From the NCBI GenBank assembly GCA_000388065.2, contig KB932201.1: 64,000 bases of DNA; one strand, given 5' to 3'. Each line of letters opens with the position of its first letter. Position 1 is the first letter of the stretch. The translations under genes were made by a program, and so were the position numbers. This document shows, piece after piece, positions 61,995 through 64,000 of the stretch. This DNA comes from Fonticula alba ATCC 38817. Its lineage: Eukaryota; Protista; Nucleariida. The notes under the pieces are model-generated. The model was not told the origin of the DNA. It was given only the letters and a program-made list of their open reading frames with translations, and ran no database searches.

Positions 61995-63137
61995 GATGGG
62001 GGGGGGGAGAGAGAGAGATGCAGTCGTGTCAGAGGAACGGTGTCTTGGCGAAGGCCCGAGGGAGGACCATTGCGAAAGGGGGAGCGAGGGAATGGGGCGC
62101 ACCAGCGTCTTGCCCGCGGCGAGCAGGGTCTGGTGGAGGAGCTCGCGGAAGCGCCCAGCAAAGGGACCGGTGATGACGGACTTGCTGGTGGTTTCCAGGT
62201 AGATCTCATCATCAAGCACATGGGCAGGGGCCGGGACAACGCCGCGACCGGCGAAAAAGTCGCGCGCGGTGGCCCGATCAAGGTCGTCCAGCTCGCGGAG
62301 CTCGCGCGCCCCGTCGCCGGGGGAGAAGTGCGCCGGCAGGGGCCGGGTGGCGGATGCGCGCAAACGCGGGAACGACACACCAAAGTAGCCGTTGGACTTC
62401 TCGAGCACCGTGCACGGGAAGGTCAGACGCTGGCGAACCTGCTCGGTAGCCATGAAGGGGATGCCGCGCTCATTCTCATAGAAGAACTTGGCATACCCAC
62501 GCCCAGAGACGGCGACCGCGACATTCGACTGCCGGAAGGACGCCTTCAGGGCGCTCTGTGCCTTGGTCATGCGGGCCCGGCGCGAAGTGGAAACCACCTC
62601 CGCAGACGGGGCACCCTCATCCTGACCCTCATCGTCAGAGCCATCCAGCTCGGACCCGGACTCGGTGGCGGTGTCCGCGGCCTTGGCAGCCGAGGCCGGA
62701 GCCGGAGTCGGCGCCAGGCCCGGGCACACTTCCGGCAGCAGCTCCACGAAGAGACCACGAGCGCGCACACTGTCATCATCGTAACGCGAGCCGAAGAAGG
62801 CCTGCTCGGAGATGTTGGCACTGAAGAGCCCGCGCGGGAGCTGCTTGATGTTGACATCCGGATGCATCATGATCCGGCGCAGGGCCACCGAGTCGGGCTC
62901 CGTCTCGGAGTTGGGCGGGGCCTCCGACAAGAAGGAGCTCGGCGCATTGGACCGACGGACCCGGCGTCCGGCAGCGGGGGCCTGATTGACTTGAGTGTCG
63001 GCGGTGGCGGGAGAGGGGGCGCCAGCAGGGGGCTGGGCGACGGAGGATCCAGTGTCGGCGGCAGTGGCCTTGGCGCGGCCCTTGCCACGGCGCTTCTTAC
63101 CCTTGCTGGCGGCAGCCACGGTGGAGGTAGAAGTCAT
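58651..63137 (-). CDS. Trl1-like trifunctional RNA repair/tRNA ligase (1379 aa): Rnl1-type adenylyltransferase + degenerate kinase-like module + P-loop polynucleotide kinase + 2H cyclic phosphodiesterase; exons 63137-62103, 61935-59256, 59075-58651
   Basis: Ligase motifs RARGLF, GYAKFF, motif I EKSNG (Lys at 62397-62399), SKS, motif III SAVFEIVDPVLDPHIVDY, motif IV EGLVV and motif V MIKLK. Kinase GVPGIGKST...ISQD...IIDRNNH. Two HxT motifs, FHVTL and PHITM. Exon lengths 1035+2680+425 = 4140 nt stay in frame. Confidence 0.9.
61945..61993. repeat. (GAGCAG)n hexamer repeat inside ligase-gene intron 1
   Basis: About 7-8 tandem GAGCAG units within intron 61936-62102. Confidence 0.9.
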
Positions 63138-64000
63138 GTCGGTAGATGGAAAGCGAGGAGTGAGGCGTAGATGTTGGGGAAGGAGGAGGAGAACGACGGG
63201 CAGAGGCCAGGGAGAGTGATCAGCAGTCGCGCGTGGGCCCGTATGAGTGAGTGTGTGTGTGTATGTGTACGTGTGGGGAAACTCTGATTCGGCCGTTCTG
63301 CCGGCGGGATCCCCGGCAGGGTCGCACAAAATGCGTGGACAGCCGCGGGTAAACATTCTACTCCTTCCTGGGTCACAGCCCCCCTCCCCTCTCGCCACCC
63401 CGCGCAGACACACACCCGCACACGCACATGCGCGCGGGAAAGAGGCGCTGGCAGCCGGCCCCCTGGATTGTGTGTGGGGGGGAGGGGCGGGCGGAAGCCG
63501 CCTACCAGTGTGGCGGTCCACCAAAGGGAGCCCCCCCTTGCCGATGCGTGTTTGCCGGGGTCGACCTTTCATCCATCTCGCCAATCGGTGCGGGAAGAAC
63601 GGCACCTTGGAGACTGTCTTGCCAATGATCTCAGCAGCGGGGTTTCCCTTGCCCCGGTTGGTCGCCGCGGGCCTGGACCCGGCGTACAGGCCCCGGTGGA
63701 GGACCAAATGTTCCCAATCAGGCGCCGGCCGATTCGGGGACCCAAAATGCAGGGGCTCTATTGTGGACCAGGGCCCGGCGGGGCTGGGAGGCGAGGGCCT
63801 TGCGGTTGGAGAATGGAGCACCAAAACGAGGGGAACACCGCGGCTCCTCGGATCGAAATTACCTTCGAGTTGCGCAATTGAACACACGCCCCAGGCGTCC
63901 GATGAAGGTACTACTCGAGGCTAGCGCACAAGAGAAGGGGCTGTAAGTCCCTTCCCCCCCCCTGCCTTTCACCCTTGGTGGGGCCATCCAGCTGCACACC

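Noticed and set aside
58651-63137. Ligase gene as bacterial/phage contamination or a prophage/mobile element
   Set aside because: It has two spliceosomal introns with host-type donors and microsatellites, host-like GC, and no neighbouring viral, integrase or transposase genes.
63902-64000. Possible first exon MKVLLEASAQEKG with a GTAAGT donor at 63943 and acceptor at 63991
   Set aside because: Too little sequence before the window edge and no homology; cannot be supported as a gene.
1-64000. tRNA, rRNA, CRISPR arrays, transposons
   Set aside because: GTTCGA-like hits (e.g. ~2497, ~7338, ~23263) lack cloverleaf arms; there are no rRNA signatures, spaced repeat arrays, terminal inverted repeats, or RT/transposase motifs.

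Overview
Eukaryotic, very GC-rich and intron-rich genomic DNA, with C/G homopolymers and microsatellites concentrated in introns and four small N gaps. Gene content and style suggest a unicellular opisthokont; a nucleariid such as Fonticula is my guess, not something the sequence proves. I reconstruct 18 spliced protein-coding genes: RPB4 (5' end outside the window), CENP-X/MHF2, a large S/P-rich unknown, SEM1/DSS1, a tandem-Tudor-like/RRM-like unknown, RPA2, THADA/Trm732, a PC-esterase/TBL-like SGNH protein, a divergent Gemin6-like protein, an M14 carboxypeptidase, RPC1/POLR3A, XPA, VID27, a membrane-anchored M24B peptidase, VPS36, a charge-blocked nucleolar-type unknown, condensin CAP-G, and a trifunctional RNA ligase-kinase-2H phosphodiesterase. 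I found no rRNA, tRNA, CRISPR array or transposase. The strongest candidate for something undescribed is the last gene (58651-63137, minus strand). It has the Trl1 domain order, but its ligase motifs resemble bacterial/phage Rnl1-type ligases more than fungal Trl1, and it carries an extra degenerate kinase-like module. Also notable: a VPS36 with no NZF fingers and a ~450-aa Pro/Tyr tail containing a PTAP motif, and a strong C bias at +4 of 5' splice sites. All family assignments come from motif recognition by eye; no database search was run.
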